Source: Rozella allomycis CSF55 (lineage: Eukaryota). Taken from it: 42,538 nucleotides of DNA. The stretch is taken from contig KE561122.1 in NCBI GenBank assembly GCA_000442015.1, positions 1 through 42,538 of the forward strand, given 5' to 3'. Below the pieces are notes generated by a model. The model saw only the letters and a list, made by a program, of their open reading frames with translations. It searched no databases and was not told where the DNA came from. A program made the translations under genes and the position numbers. This document shows positions 31,101-42,538 of this stretch, in pieces (positions within the stretch are counted from its first letter, which is position 1; each line of letters begins with the position of its first letter).

Positions 31101-34100
31101 TTAAATTTTGTTCAAAGTTTATCATTTCAACATACAGATTGGTGTATTCAGTTTTAGCTTGCAAAGAAGATTTGTTTAAATGTTCATTGAATAGTAAATG
31201 AGAAAGATTCTTTTTATTGAAATCTAAAAATAGAATTGAAATTCTTTCGTCTTTGATAAAATCATTTGGAATGGAATTTGAATAAAAGATAGAAATTGGT
31301 CTGAATCCAACTCTTTTTCTTAATAATTCATTGTTGTAGAAATTGTTTATTAAATTTGAATTTATTAATAGCAATTCAGATGGTTTCAAAAGAACATGTA
31401 AATCTTTTAAATCATTTGAAGTTAAATTGTTTAATGGAGAATCTAGACCAAACATTGATAGAAAATGATACAAGCCACAATGGGGGTCTAGAACAAGAAT
31501 TGGTTTAACAGATTTAATGTAAATCAAGATATTTTCTAATAAATCCAAATCAAATTCAACAGTTAAAGTTTTCTGAAATAGATTAACTTTGTAATCTTTC
31601 AAGAGTAGAGAAAGAATAAAATCTAGTGGATCAATGATTAAATTCAATTCATTAAAGATTAAATTTAATTTTTCTCTTATTTGAATTCTAGAGAATGAAT
31701 TGAATTGACCAAATAGAACAATAATTGATTCAACGTATAAAGAATTTGAGAGACAACGAGACAAGAGTTGATTTTTATCTTCAAGTGAATCTTTCCATCT
31801 TTTTATTAAAGAAATTAATTTTTCTGAATTGCTTAAAGTTTCTTGATATATTTTTTCAGTTTCATTTATATTTTCTTTAATTAAATTTTTTCTTTTTAAT
31901 AGATCATCTAAATCTTTTGTTAGATTAGATTTCTTAATTTCTAGAGAATTTATTCTATTTTTTTCATCTTGAATTGAATTGTTTATTTTTTGAATATTTT
32001 TTTCTTGAATTAATAAATCATCATGAATCTTTGAATTGTCAAACAAAGTACATTGAAAATTATAAATAGAAATAATCCAATCTCTCAAACAATTAAATTC
32101 TTCAATAAATTCAACTTGAACGCTACTTTTAAAAAATTCATATTCAAAAATTGAATTAAATTTATTTTTATCATTCTCATTCAAAGTAAAATTTAAAATT
32201 CTTTCATAGAGATTAATTTTATTATTTTCATTAAAGAAAAAACTTAAAAATGAGATTAATGATCTAACATTGGAATTTAATGAATTATTTAAATCTATCC
32301 ATTTTTCAAAACTAATAACTTTCTTTACATTTTTAAATTCATTCATAACAATTATAGATTGAGAATTTATCTTTTTATTGTAATTATCTTTATCAATTTG
32401 ATAATTTTCTAATAATTTATTTAACGAAATTTCCAACTTTTGTTTTCTGATTTCAACTTCTTTTAAATTATCTCTAACAAGATCAATTTGTTTTAAAATT
32501 TCATTTCCTCCAATTGTTATTTCATTAAATTCATTTTGTAGATTTGATAATTGTAATTTTAAATTTGATAAATGTTTTTCACAATCTGTTGCTTTAATTA
32601 AAGATTTCTCAATCATTTCAATTTCTTTTTCAATTGGAATGGAAAATTCTCTATAAATCTCCAATGTTTGAACTTGGAAATTTACTAAATAATCTTCAGA
32701 AATTCCAAATTGAAAAGCTAAATTTTGTTTTAATTAGATTTCAATTACCAACTTGTTTCAACTTTTCATAAAATATGGAAACTAGATATATTTCTTCATC
32801 ATTCACTTGATACTTAGGTTGAATATTTCTCTCCAAATAAATAACCCTGGAATTAATCAGAAAATTCTCTAATGTTTTTGGCTCCAAACAATTCACAAAA
32901 TGAACATTATTTCTAAATTGTTCATTCAACAATTTCATTCCTTTGATTTCAATTCAATTCAATCATTTTACCTTGTTCAATTGGAATTTGTTTATTAGTT
33001 GAAAATGTCTTTATTGCATTTTCTGTTAAATCAGATTCCAATATTTCTGTTATTTCACTTCCAGATAAAAATTTATCAATCATTTCATTCTCTTCTTCAA
33101 CATACACACAAAATTTATTATTAAATGATTTATAAACTATCGAATCAAAACATGAAAACAACACATCAAACGTTAAACCAGAAATATCACTCTTTTGATG
33201 TAAACTATTTTTATCACGCTTATTATTTTGTTCACGATTTTCATTGTTATTGACATCTGCAAGTAATTCTTCTCCACTCATCCCATTCAATTCTTCACCT
33301 ATATTCACTTCCCCATTCTTCACTTCTCCATTCTTCACTTCCCCATTCTTCACTTCACTTTTCAACTCTTTCTCAACTATATCTCTCACATCATTCTCAA
33401 CTCTTTTCAATTCAATTTGACAGATATCACACGCTTTTCCAACACACTCAAAAAAATAATCACAATCCAATTCAACCACCGTAACATTACAAGGGTCAGT
33501 CACCAGCGAATTACAAATATTAAAAACATCCACAGCATTTTCAATACTCAAATCAGGATGATAATTAACAATCTCAGTCACAGAATAGTATTCCCTCTTG
33601 ATCAATATACTATGCGAATATTGATACAAGTAAATAGTTGACTGCCACTCTTGCAACACACTCGTTGGAATATTCAAGTTTTTGCAAAATATATCAATTA
33701 TTTTGTTCTTTTCATTCGTTTGGAATAAAATTCTGTCGAGTAAATCTATAAAGAAAGATTTAATGAAAATATCGTCCAGATTGGAACATAGCTTCAGGGT
33801 TGTATTCAAACTACATAAAACATCATTGAAATTAAATGAATAATACAGATTGTTGTTGAAACAATAAGCATTGGTAGAAACTAGTGAGAATATTTGTAAT
33901 ACACATTGAATCATAAAGTCTATCAAGTCATGGTCATTTGGAAAACTTTTATACAATTTCAATTTTAATCTTTTAGAAAGTGTTGAATTTACATCATCGT
34001 GCATGTTAATTATTATTGAATGCGTTGAATTCAAAAAGTCTAATTCTTCACATGTTGCATTTGTGAAATTTACAAAAATTAAATCTGATTCAACGCTCTT

Positions 34101-37100
34101 TATTCTATTGTCATCAATGATAGTTTTATTATTAATAAACGGAATGATATTATCATCAATCGTTCCATGTATATTCAAAATGGAATTCTTTTCAAAGAAT
34201 ACAGATTTAGCTCCAATGGATGAAGCCTTTTGAATAACAATATCAGACAGTGAATCTAAACATGTATAATCATCATCATTTGAATACACCTGTTGCTCTT
34301 TATTATACTTTGCATGTGATACTTTAATTGGTATAGACTTACACTTGAGTGCTTTGATAACCTGTTCAGCCAATACAAAAGATTCAGGACCAATAAGAAC
34401 AATTCGACTACCGCTTCCTTTTAAAATTCTAGACAGATAAATCAACTTTGAAAAGTCATTAAATTCACTTTGAAAATCATCAACTTCATTAAACTGAGAA
34501 TGATCAGTTTCTCTCTTTTCATTAAACAATGCCCAATCATTTATAGTTTCATCATAGAAAATATCAAAAACAGTAGAATCATCTCTTGGAAGACAGGGGA
34601 ACAGATTATTCCAATCAATAACTGAATCAATTCTAATTAAATTTCTTTCATGGTACAATGTTTTGAAACCTTTATCGAATATTCTGTTTCTTGTATAATC
34701 AACCCTTGCACCGAATGACCATATAATGGAAAATAGACAATTAGCGATTATCCATTTTTTCTGTTCGTTAATTGTTAATCTTTCATAGTTTTTGCCAATG
34801 TTGTTGCAGAGAGATGCGAAAATTGATTTAAATTGAATGAGAACAGAGTTTTGACAGAAATTTGATAAGCCAAGTTTAGAAGAGGAAATCAAGTCATCCA
34901 CTTGACTCAAGAGAATGTTTATTAGTTTATTGCTAAAGTTTGAATTGTCTAGAAGAATTTGATTGGAGTTTATTAGAAAATTTATTATTGAAGATTTGAA
35001 GTTTGATTGATGAATGAATAGCCAAGGAGACTCAAAGTGTTTGGTTAGAGAATCTACATCAGATAAAGAAGTAATGGATGGTAACATTGAATCATTAATA
35101 CAGTCATCAATCAAACTGAAAACCAGTTCATTATCTTGAATTTCAAATACTAATTTAATTCTCTTCTTTGATATAAATGATTTAATCTTTTTGAAAGAAT
35201 TTGCATTAAATTTTCCAGAAATATGAAAGATACAATCAGAGTCTCCCAAATCAATTAAAAGAGAATTTATTATTTCAATAATATTGTGAACCCATGGAAT
35301 TTCTGTAATTGTATTTAATGTTTGTTTTATCAATGTTGATTTAAAAGAAAATGGTTCACCAAAAACAAAAGAAATTGAATTATTTGTTACTAGTCTTTTT
35401 ATTTCACTTGAGTAATCCATTTTAGTTTCATTGAATAAAGTTTCATTGATAGAATTTGAATACAATTCATTAAAAATATTTAAAGATTTCTCAATATTTG
35501 AAATTGATACTTTTGATTGTAAGAAATCTTTTAGAGAAGAAAAAATTAAAGAATTTTCATCAAGATTTTGATTTTTATTTGTGATTATTTTACTTGTTAA
35601 TTCAAAAAGAAAAAATCTATTTATAGAAACAGAATTTTTCAAAATAAAATGAAAAGAAATTAATTTTCTAGAAATTGAAAAACTATTTTTAAATCCATTA
35701 ATTTTCAAGATCATTTCAATTAGATTAAAATAATCTAGATCTGAAAAATTTAAAATTCTTAGAAAATTGTTAAATGAAGGATCTATAGATTGATCTATTT
35801 CTTCTTGATGTAAAATTATTGCGTGATCTAGAGAATATTTAAATGTTTCATTTTGGAATTTTATAGAATCTGATCTATTTAAATTTGCCATTGATAAAAT
35901 CTTTTTCAACGCCAACAATGAATCTGAATTTTTATTCAAAACATCATAATTAGAGTTATGCTTGAGAGAATTGTAATTTAAATCATTAGAGTTTATATTA
36001 GAAAATATACCTTTGATAACTAACCATTCCTTTAACATTAATGAACCTTGTTATACCGATAACAAATGAATTTACCTAACATTAATGTTTATTGCTTTGA
36101 TTACCTTTGATGTAATGCATGAAATTGTCACTCTTGTGGTTTAAATCTAAATAGATAATAGATCTTCCAGTAACAAGTGATAATTCATTCAACAAAATTT
36201 CTGTTAAATAATTTGTAAAGAATTACCATTTCCTTTGAATACAAACAATGAATTTTCATGAATAGATTCAAATAGATCAATAGATGATTTTTTAAAAGAA
36301 AATAGATTTGGAACAATTTTAATCATCTGATTTCCATATTTAATTTGATTAATTCCAACTTTTACATAAATTTCATTTTGATCTGTTGAATACACTTTAA
36401 TCATTGTTAACCATTCTTGTTCGATATACCCTTTATTCAACAAAATGTGAATAAATGTTTCAACTAGATCCAAATTATATTCAATCAATGAAATCAACAA
36501 TTGATATTTGATACTTAAAGTTGAAATGGTTGAAGTAGCTGAAATGGAAGATTCATTCAACTCTACACTTTTACTACCTTCACCTCTACTATTAATTCTT
36601 TCAATTTCTTCTTGAAGGGATTCTCTTTCTTTTTGTAATCTTCTCTTGAATTCTTTAAATGAATTGATATTCTTATTCAACATTAATTGTTCATACTCTC
36701 TTGTTATTAAGAAATTAAAAGACAAATAAATCATTTGATAAGAAAATTTAATAATCCAACTTCCAAACCCTTTCTCTTTACATTCAACAATCACTCCAAC
36801 AGATTCTCTCTTTATATTATCTTTAATACATTCATCTAATCTATTAATTAAATCAACTAGATTATATTCAAACACTATTGGTAATTTAAATTCAAAATAT
36901 TCAAAACTAATTATTCCTGTTACTATAAATAAATCACTCGTCAAGCCACTTTGACCTTTCAAGGGTAACAAATAAGATTTATCTTCAAATTTATTTGATT
37001 TCAGAAATTCTAAATATTCTTCTTTTATTTTACAAACAACAATTCTACAATCAAAAGGAAAACATCCATTCAAATCAACCAAATAGAAAGTTTCATTCAA

Positions 37101-40100
37101 TCTAACAAATCTATCTTTTGCTCCTTGAAATGAAATTATTCTTCCACACAAATTCATTATTTCTTCATCTTCTTGAAATATCAATCTTGGACATTTCTTT
37201 TTCATCTCTTGAATAAACCCATGCATTTTATTATTCAAACTTTTAGCTTTATTCAACGTTTCTTCAATATTAGAAAATATATCTTGATTTTGAATAAACA
37301 CCAAACAATTCCCAACCCTTGTTAAAATATCAAAATATGAATTATAAAGTTTTTCAATCAAATTAAATTCATTCCTTATTTTATCTCTTTCTCTCTCACT
37401 CTCCATTTGATAATAAAATACACTAAATAGATTAGGAAATATATTGGAAATTTCAATCAAATTCATCAAGATATTCTCAGATCTTATCAATTTAATATTC
37501 AACTGACTCAAACTCATTTCTCTACAACTAAATATCAATGAATTCAAAAGCAAAAGAATTTCACTAGAATTTTCAATACAAATTATCGATTTGTTCTTAT
37601 TAGAACTTTCTTGCTTGTTCAGATTATTAATGGATCCTTTAAGATTATTTACACTCTTCTTGAGTTTTCTACTTTCATCCAACTTTGATTCCCCTCTCAT
37701 TTCATTTACTTGTTTAAACTCTATTGTCATATTTCTTAACTTTGCTTTAACAATGTCAGCCTCTTCTTGTATTCTAGCTTCCATTGTTGCCATATCACTC
37801 AGTTCTACAATCATAGATCTCTGCAAGTCTAAATTCAATTCTATCAACTCTGCCAACGTCAATGTCTTTATTTTATTCACAGTCAAGTTCAACTGGCTCT
37901 TTAACAAGTTCCAATGCTTGTCTCTCAACTTTTCATTTCTCAATCCTCTAATCAAAAACAAATATCTAGCAAAGTTTTCAACTTTAATTCCAACAATTTT
38001 TAACGTCTTGTCCGGTCTTTTCACTTGTAATTCTCTAGCTTCAACTTCATCCAACGTCTTGCGAAAATTTCTAATCTTGCTTTCTATTTCTTCTATCGAA
38101 AGATAATAAAATAGCGATTGCAACCATTTTGGTATACTTTGCATCACATCACTCACTAAATTCCAAACAATCTCCAAAAATAGAAAAGTATTCAGGAAAT
38201 CTTCCAATTCATCAAAATTGGTTTTATCCATTTCTAAATATTCCTCCCTCTCATTAACAATCTTAATGCTCTCATATACTTTATCATATCGCTCTCGTAT
38301 TTTATTAACAATCATCGCCATAAATTCATACTTGCCAACTTCATCACAGGGAATCACATACTCCAAAATCTCTCGTTTAAAATCATTTAAACTTGATTTA
38401 ATAAACTCTTTATCAATCTCCAACTTTTTCATCAAATCTCTGCGAAAACTCTCCACATTGTCTTTTGCTACAGAATACAACATGCCAACCTTTTGTGGCC
38501 ACTTGAATACTTTCCAATACAATTCATTCAATTCCTTGTTCATTTCAAGAGAATTATTTTCAAAAATATCATAAATCATTTTAATCTCGTTGAATTCTTC
38601 TTTTAATACATCCACACTCTCATTGCTATATTTATCCACATTGGTTTTTAACATTTTCCATTCTTTACTCTCTCTAGGCAAAATATCCATCCCTTTATAC
38701 ACATTTGAATAATACTCATCCATTTTCATACAAATACCATGCATTCTGCTTGACATCTTTTTGATTATAAAATCCAACACTGCTTGGCACTTTTTGATCA
38801 ACATCTTTTTAATTTTAAAACAATCAACTTGCAAGGGAGCCATACTAACAGTATCACTGCTCAAGTATAAAATTTTCGTTCTTGCCTTTGAGTACCTCTG
38901 GGCCATTGCATCCAATTCTGTCAACTTTAAATTGTCCTCCTTTATCTCATATTCCAAAATAAACTCAAATTCCTTGTATTCACTCAACATTTGCTTGACT
39001 TTCGGATAACAACTTTTTAACACTTTCAATAGTTCATCGGAACCTTTGCTCATGAATNATCGGAACCTTTGCTCATGAAATCCTCGATTTCTTCTTCTTT
39101 AAAAGGCTTCAGGTAATTTACGCTTAACCCTATGTGATTAAACATTACATTTTCTATATTCATCACACATTCTCTGCAACTCTCCAATGGTAAATGAAAT
39201 AACTTTATCAAAGAATGCTCCAAGGCTGCAAAAGTGGGCTTTAAAACTATAGAAGAGAAGGATTTTTCGCCTTTATTCATTCCGTCTGTTATCCCCTTTT
39301 CTGGCTCACGACTTTGTATCACACCAATTGTAACTGTAAATAGAACAGGAACACTTTTCCCCTCTGATAATGAACTAATAAATGTATGCACATTATCTAA
39401 TGATAGATCAGAGTCACTCAAACTAACATTCCCCTCTTTAATCTCGGTTCTAATCATCATTAACGACAAAAAATAATTGGCCGAACGCATTATCAATGTT
39501 CTTACTTGAGTCTCAAACACAAAATTTAATAGCCTCAAATAATTCTTCAAACGACTATTCTCAAACGCCCTAACGCTTTTTGGATTCAAATCAAACGCTG
39601 TATTCAACTTCGCATAGATGATTTCCAATATACTTCTTGGCCATTTCAGACTCAACTTGCTTTGTATGCTCTGTGCATGCATCGTCAATTTTTCTTCCAA
39701 ATAATAAAATGACACTGGAAAATTGTTAATCTTGAAATAGAAAGTTTCCTGTAAAAATATTTCCTCAAAACATTTTATTATTGAGACTGTCGCCTTTTGT
39801 ACATCTGAATTAGATAAAAACATGTGAGAGGAAATTTCATGTGACACTTTGTTGAACTGAGATACCAAGTATTCTTTAAATTTTGGCTCTTTGACTTGCA
39901 AGTTGTCAGCGGCTATCACAGCGAATTTGCTTATATTTTCAACTTTGCTTTTCTTTTTCTCCTGGCGTCGATCATTCTCACTCTTCTTCATGCTAAAAAT
40001 ATTATCAATCTCACATTCATAAAAACATTCTCTCAATATTTCTTTCCCTCTTTCTGTCAATCTTTTCACACCAATCCTCTCTTTAATCCCCTTTTTCATA

Positions 40101-41339
40101 TTCTCAGAAATGGTGCAATATCCTTGATCAGGTTGTTTATCTATTTCTTGAAGTAGTTCCATTTCAGCAACGAATTGGTCGCGCAATTTGCTAGCGTTTT
40201 CCAATCTTTTATAGAACAAATCCCTGTTATCGTGCTCAAAAAATAAATTTAATCTTTTAGCACTCTTGATTACACTTGAATTAGTCCACTGTATTTTGAA
40301 AAGCTGGCTGTTCTTGTCATATCCTAGCACCTTACATGGGTACCATTCCCAACTTCCACTTCCATTTCTATGGTCAAAATATCTATTACTTTAATGGTAA
40401 ATAATTACCTAGAAAATGCTAATATACCATCCTCACCATTTTCAAGGGCATCTGACAGGACTTTGACTGGATCAATAAGTTCTTGTTCTGGATCATCGAA
40501 TAAATCTATAGAAACATCTTTTATCTTTATTTCAGACTCACGAAAGATGGATGACTTAATATTCAGCTTTGCTAAAAATTCTTTCTCTGTCTTGGCCTTG
40601 TACTCCGGAATATCCACAACTCCCGCCAACTGTATGTCATAATTCATACTATCTGAACAATCCTTTTCATGTATCATTTTTTTAACGTCCATAGAAAGGG
40701 GAGGAGCTGGGGGAACAATCGTATTTGCATTTCCCATTTTTGAAGTGATGTAATCATCAATAGATTCAAAATCGGTTATCATTCGTAAACTACTCTCTAT
40801 CTTGTTTGTGATTAATATTATACCTTCTTTATTTGACACGAATGCTGTTGATGGGCGTTGCTTCATTAGTAATGATTCCGCCTTTCTTAAGACATGGCTT
40901 TTGGGTACACGACTAGAATAAGGTCGGCCCTTAAATTTGAGTAAAGGCTTATTATTATTGGATTTTTCATCTCGATTATCGGATAATTTATCAGAGCATA
41001 TATCATGAACAAATCCAAGAGCATATGTACTTGATGATTGAAACGTGCTTCTCCAACCTTCCTTATTTTTTGTCCTGGCTTCTATTGCGGTTGATGGTCT
41101 CTTTTTCTTTCCCAGATACTCTTTTTCCACCATATTCAATGCGTTTTCCCAAGCGCTGGAATCAAATGTGACAACTCCCCGTGTAAATGAAGTTGCGGGC
41201 CTAGATTTCTGAGAGGTTTTATCTTGGGCCTTATTTTTTTCTTCCGACTTTGTCATTCTTGACATTAAATGTTTGTTTACATCCTCCAGAAGTGGAACAT
41301 AAATTGCCTGTCCTGGCAAATATGTTTCTTAATAGCCAT
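28138..41339 (-). CDS. Highly divergent axonemal-type dynein heavy chain (DNAH1-like N-terminus, degenerate motor), about 10 introns; assembly N at 39058
   Basis: N-terminal 'WYPCKVLGYD…KRLNLFF'; tail/linker 'LRNEKLRDKHW' and 'CPRLIFQEDEEI'; stalk coiled coils; 'NPAASWLDKKSW', 'GYYICGLSLRNAVWD' and the C-terminus 'HWIKRRTHFICQ*'. The start is uncertain: ATG 41339 needs a 23-nt intron, otherwise ATG about 41256. Confidence 0.9.
33297..33356 (-). repeat. 15-bp coding tandem repeat (about 4 copies, EVKNG) inside the dynein gene
   Basis: Repeated (c/t)ccattcttcacttc units on the + strand; translation EVKNG-EVKNG-EVKNG-EVNIG. Confidence 0.9.
39036..39080. other. Assembly artefact: about 21-bp duplication around a single N (39058)
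   Basis: atcggaacctttgctcatgaa(t) N atcggaacctttgctcatgaa(a); this falsely splits the dynein ORF (MSKGSD appears twice). Confidence 0.88.
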
Positions 41340-41430
41340 TAAGTCAGACGAAAGTATTTTTAAATAAAATTTATAGAAATATTTATTTATGCAAGAGCTA
41401 AAATGGTTAATTATTTGCGTATACATTAAG

Positions 41431-42358
41431 TTAGGTATCTTCCAAAGATGAACACTAAGTTATTTTTCTTTAATTAAATATACCATTATTTCAAGAAAGC
41501 AATTATGAGAATTAAAGGGTACCATAAATTGAATTGACAACGTCCCTTGTTCACTGAAAGTAATAGCAATCTTATTGGCTAAAGTGGCAATTTTATTGCA
41601 GTATGAAGCGAGATTAGTAAAATAGTACCAACTTAGCTACATAAAACTTTGCTTACCTTTGCTCAAACCTTGCCGGTACTATCACTCCATCAATATGTGG
41701 ACACGATCGACGAATTTCAATCTTTTGAAGCAACGATATACTCTTACTTTAGTTGAGCCAGATGGTCCTATACCTTCTAGAGTAAGCGAGATATCTCCTG
41801 GTGAGAGGATAAATGTGAGTATGTCAGTGTTGACAGGAATTTCACTGATCAATTTTTTAAACCAATCCGCCTATGTAGCTTTTATAAGTCTATGTACTTT
41901 ACAAACAATTCGGCAATAATTATCAGGACGTTCTATGTCAAAATCAATATCATTTTCGTCAAAAGTGCATAGGTCTGCTGAACAGACACAATGATCGTAC
42001 TCGCATCTATTTACAATCAATAAATTCTTTACGATAAGAATACATCCGATCCGGGTCCTCTCCAGCCCATCCTGAAAGCCCCTAGAGATAGAACTCCCAT
42101 AGATTCGTAAAATAATGTCAGATTGCAACAAAATTTATTTTCGCATTCTTCTCCGTTGTAAAAGTATTCATCGAACAAGTTATCTTCCAGAAAGACATTC
42201 AATACAAACGAATTAGATAATTTGGTGGACAGTTGAAGTCCTCTTTCATTGCAACGGAACGTAAGTACATCATGTTTTGTTTTAGTTTGAATGGATTTTA
42301 AGATTGATATGAGAGGTTTAGATTTGTTCAAAGAAGCAAGAAATACCAAATCCTCCAT
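41431..42358 (-). CDS. RAD1: 9-1-1 checkpoint clamp subunit Rad1/Rad17, 5 introns
   Basis: 'FLASLNKSKPLISILKSI…CNERGLQLS…VFLEDNLFDEY', 'MGWRGPGSDVFL' and C-terminal 'KIAITFSEQGTLSIQFM'. Confidence 0.85.
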
Positions 42359-42500
42359 TTTAGCGAAATTTCAAAAATTGGGATGGGTAGGTGTGTTAAA
42401 CTATTTTAAATATAAAAAAATATTAATATCACTTTAAAAAATATCATCGTAAAATTAAGAGGTTGTTGGGCTTAAAGTGTTCTTAAAAAGTCAAAAACAA

Positions 42501-42538
42501 CTCTCCCACTGAGAATCGAACTCAGATTGTTGGATTCA
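42501..42538 (-). tRNA. tRNA 3' half, probably tRNA-Gln (anticodon NTG), truncated by the window edge
   Basis: Minus strand reads TG-AA-TCCAA-CAAT-CTGAG-TTCGATT-CTCAG-TGGGAGA-G: a perfect T-arm with B-box, followed by a TTGTTTTT Pol III terminator-like run. Confidence 0.85.

Noticed and set aside
39036-39080. Apparent split of dynein into two genes or a programmed frameshift
   Set aside because: Same N-centred duplication artefact.
37591-39476. Plus-strand ORFs antisense to dynein (and similar ones opposite other genes)
   Set aside because: Ser/Phe/Leu/Ile-rich shadow frames expected opposite Glu/Lys-rich coding sequence.
10335-42358. Functional cluster of genome-maintenance genes (RAD21, SLF2-like, NBS1, RAD1)
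   Set aside because: They are interspersed with unrelated genes, and this density is plausible by chance in a compact genome.
1-42538. Stop-codon reassignment as the cause of the fragmented ORFs
   Set aside because: Micro-introns explain the breaks, ORFs of about 1000 codons are stop-free in the standard code, and TAA, TAG and TGA all terminate conserved genes.
1-42538. U12-type introns, CRISPR arrays, transposases or other mobile elements
   Set aside because: No RTATCCTT donors among the reconstructed introns, no repeat-spacer arrays, and no transposase or reverse transcriptase motifs seen.

Overview
This is eukaryotic nuclear DNA from a very compact, AT-rich, intron-dense genome of a flagellated, early-diverging fungus-like organism. 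A Rozella/Cryptomycota-type parasite is my inference from gene content and intron size; it is not verified. I reconstructed about 26 protein-coding genes by hand: NF1-like (5' part), APC10, V-ATPase proteolipid, two CYSTM-type genes, 6-phosphogluconolactonase, DLEC1-like, ATAT1, RAD21, MOB, SLF2-like, BC10, eIF2-gamma, Myb/SANT-like, Lst2-like, a small Cys-rich secreted protein, a RasGAP-like protein, two LITAF genes, PUF60, NBS1, DRG1, a dynein heavy chain, RAD1 and two hypotheticals, plus a partial tRNA at the right edge. Many intergenic gaps are under 70 bp. The most striking signal is the splicing system. Roughly 90 micro-introns (manual count) fall almost entirely within 26-31 nt. Several restore conserved reading frames only, or best, with a non-canonical GT...TG 3' splice site. 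The only two clearly longer introns are exact head-to-tail pairs of micro-introns separated by a zero-nucleotide exon. Together these point to a length-ruler spliceosome with recursive splicing. The window also holds two apparent pseudo-enzymes: a dynein heavy chain with all four P-loops degenerate and an NF1-type RasGAP domain lacking its catalytic arginines. All exon structures are manual predictions without RNA data, and comparison sequences are recalled from memory.
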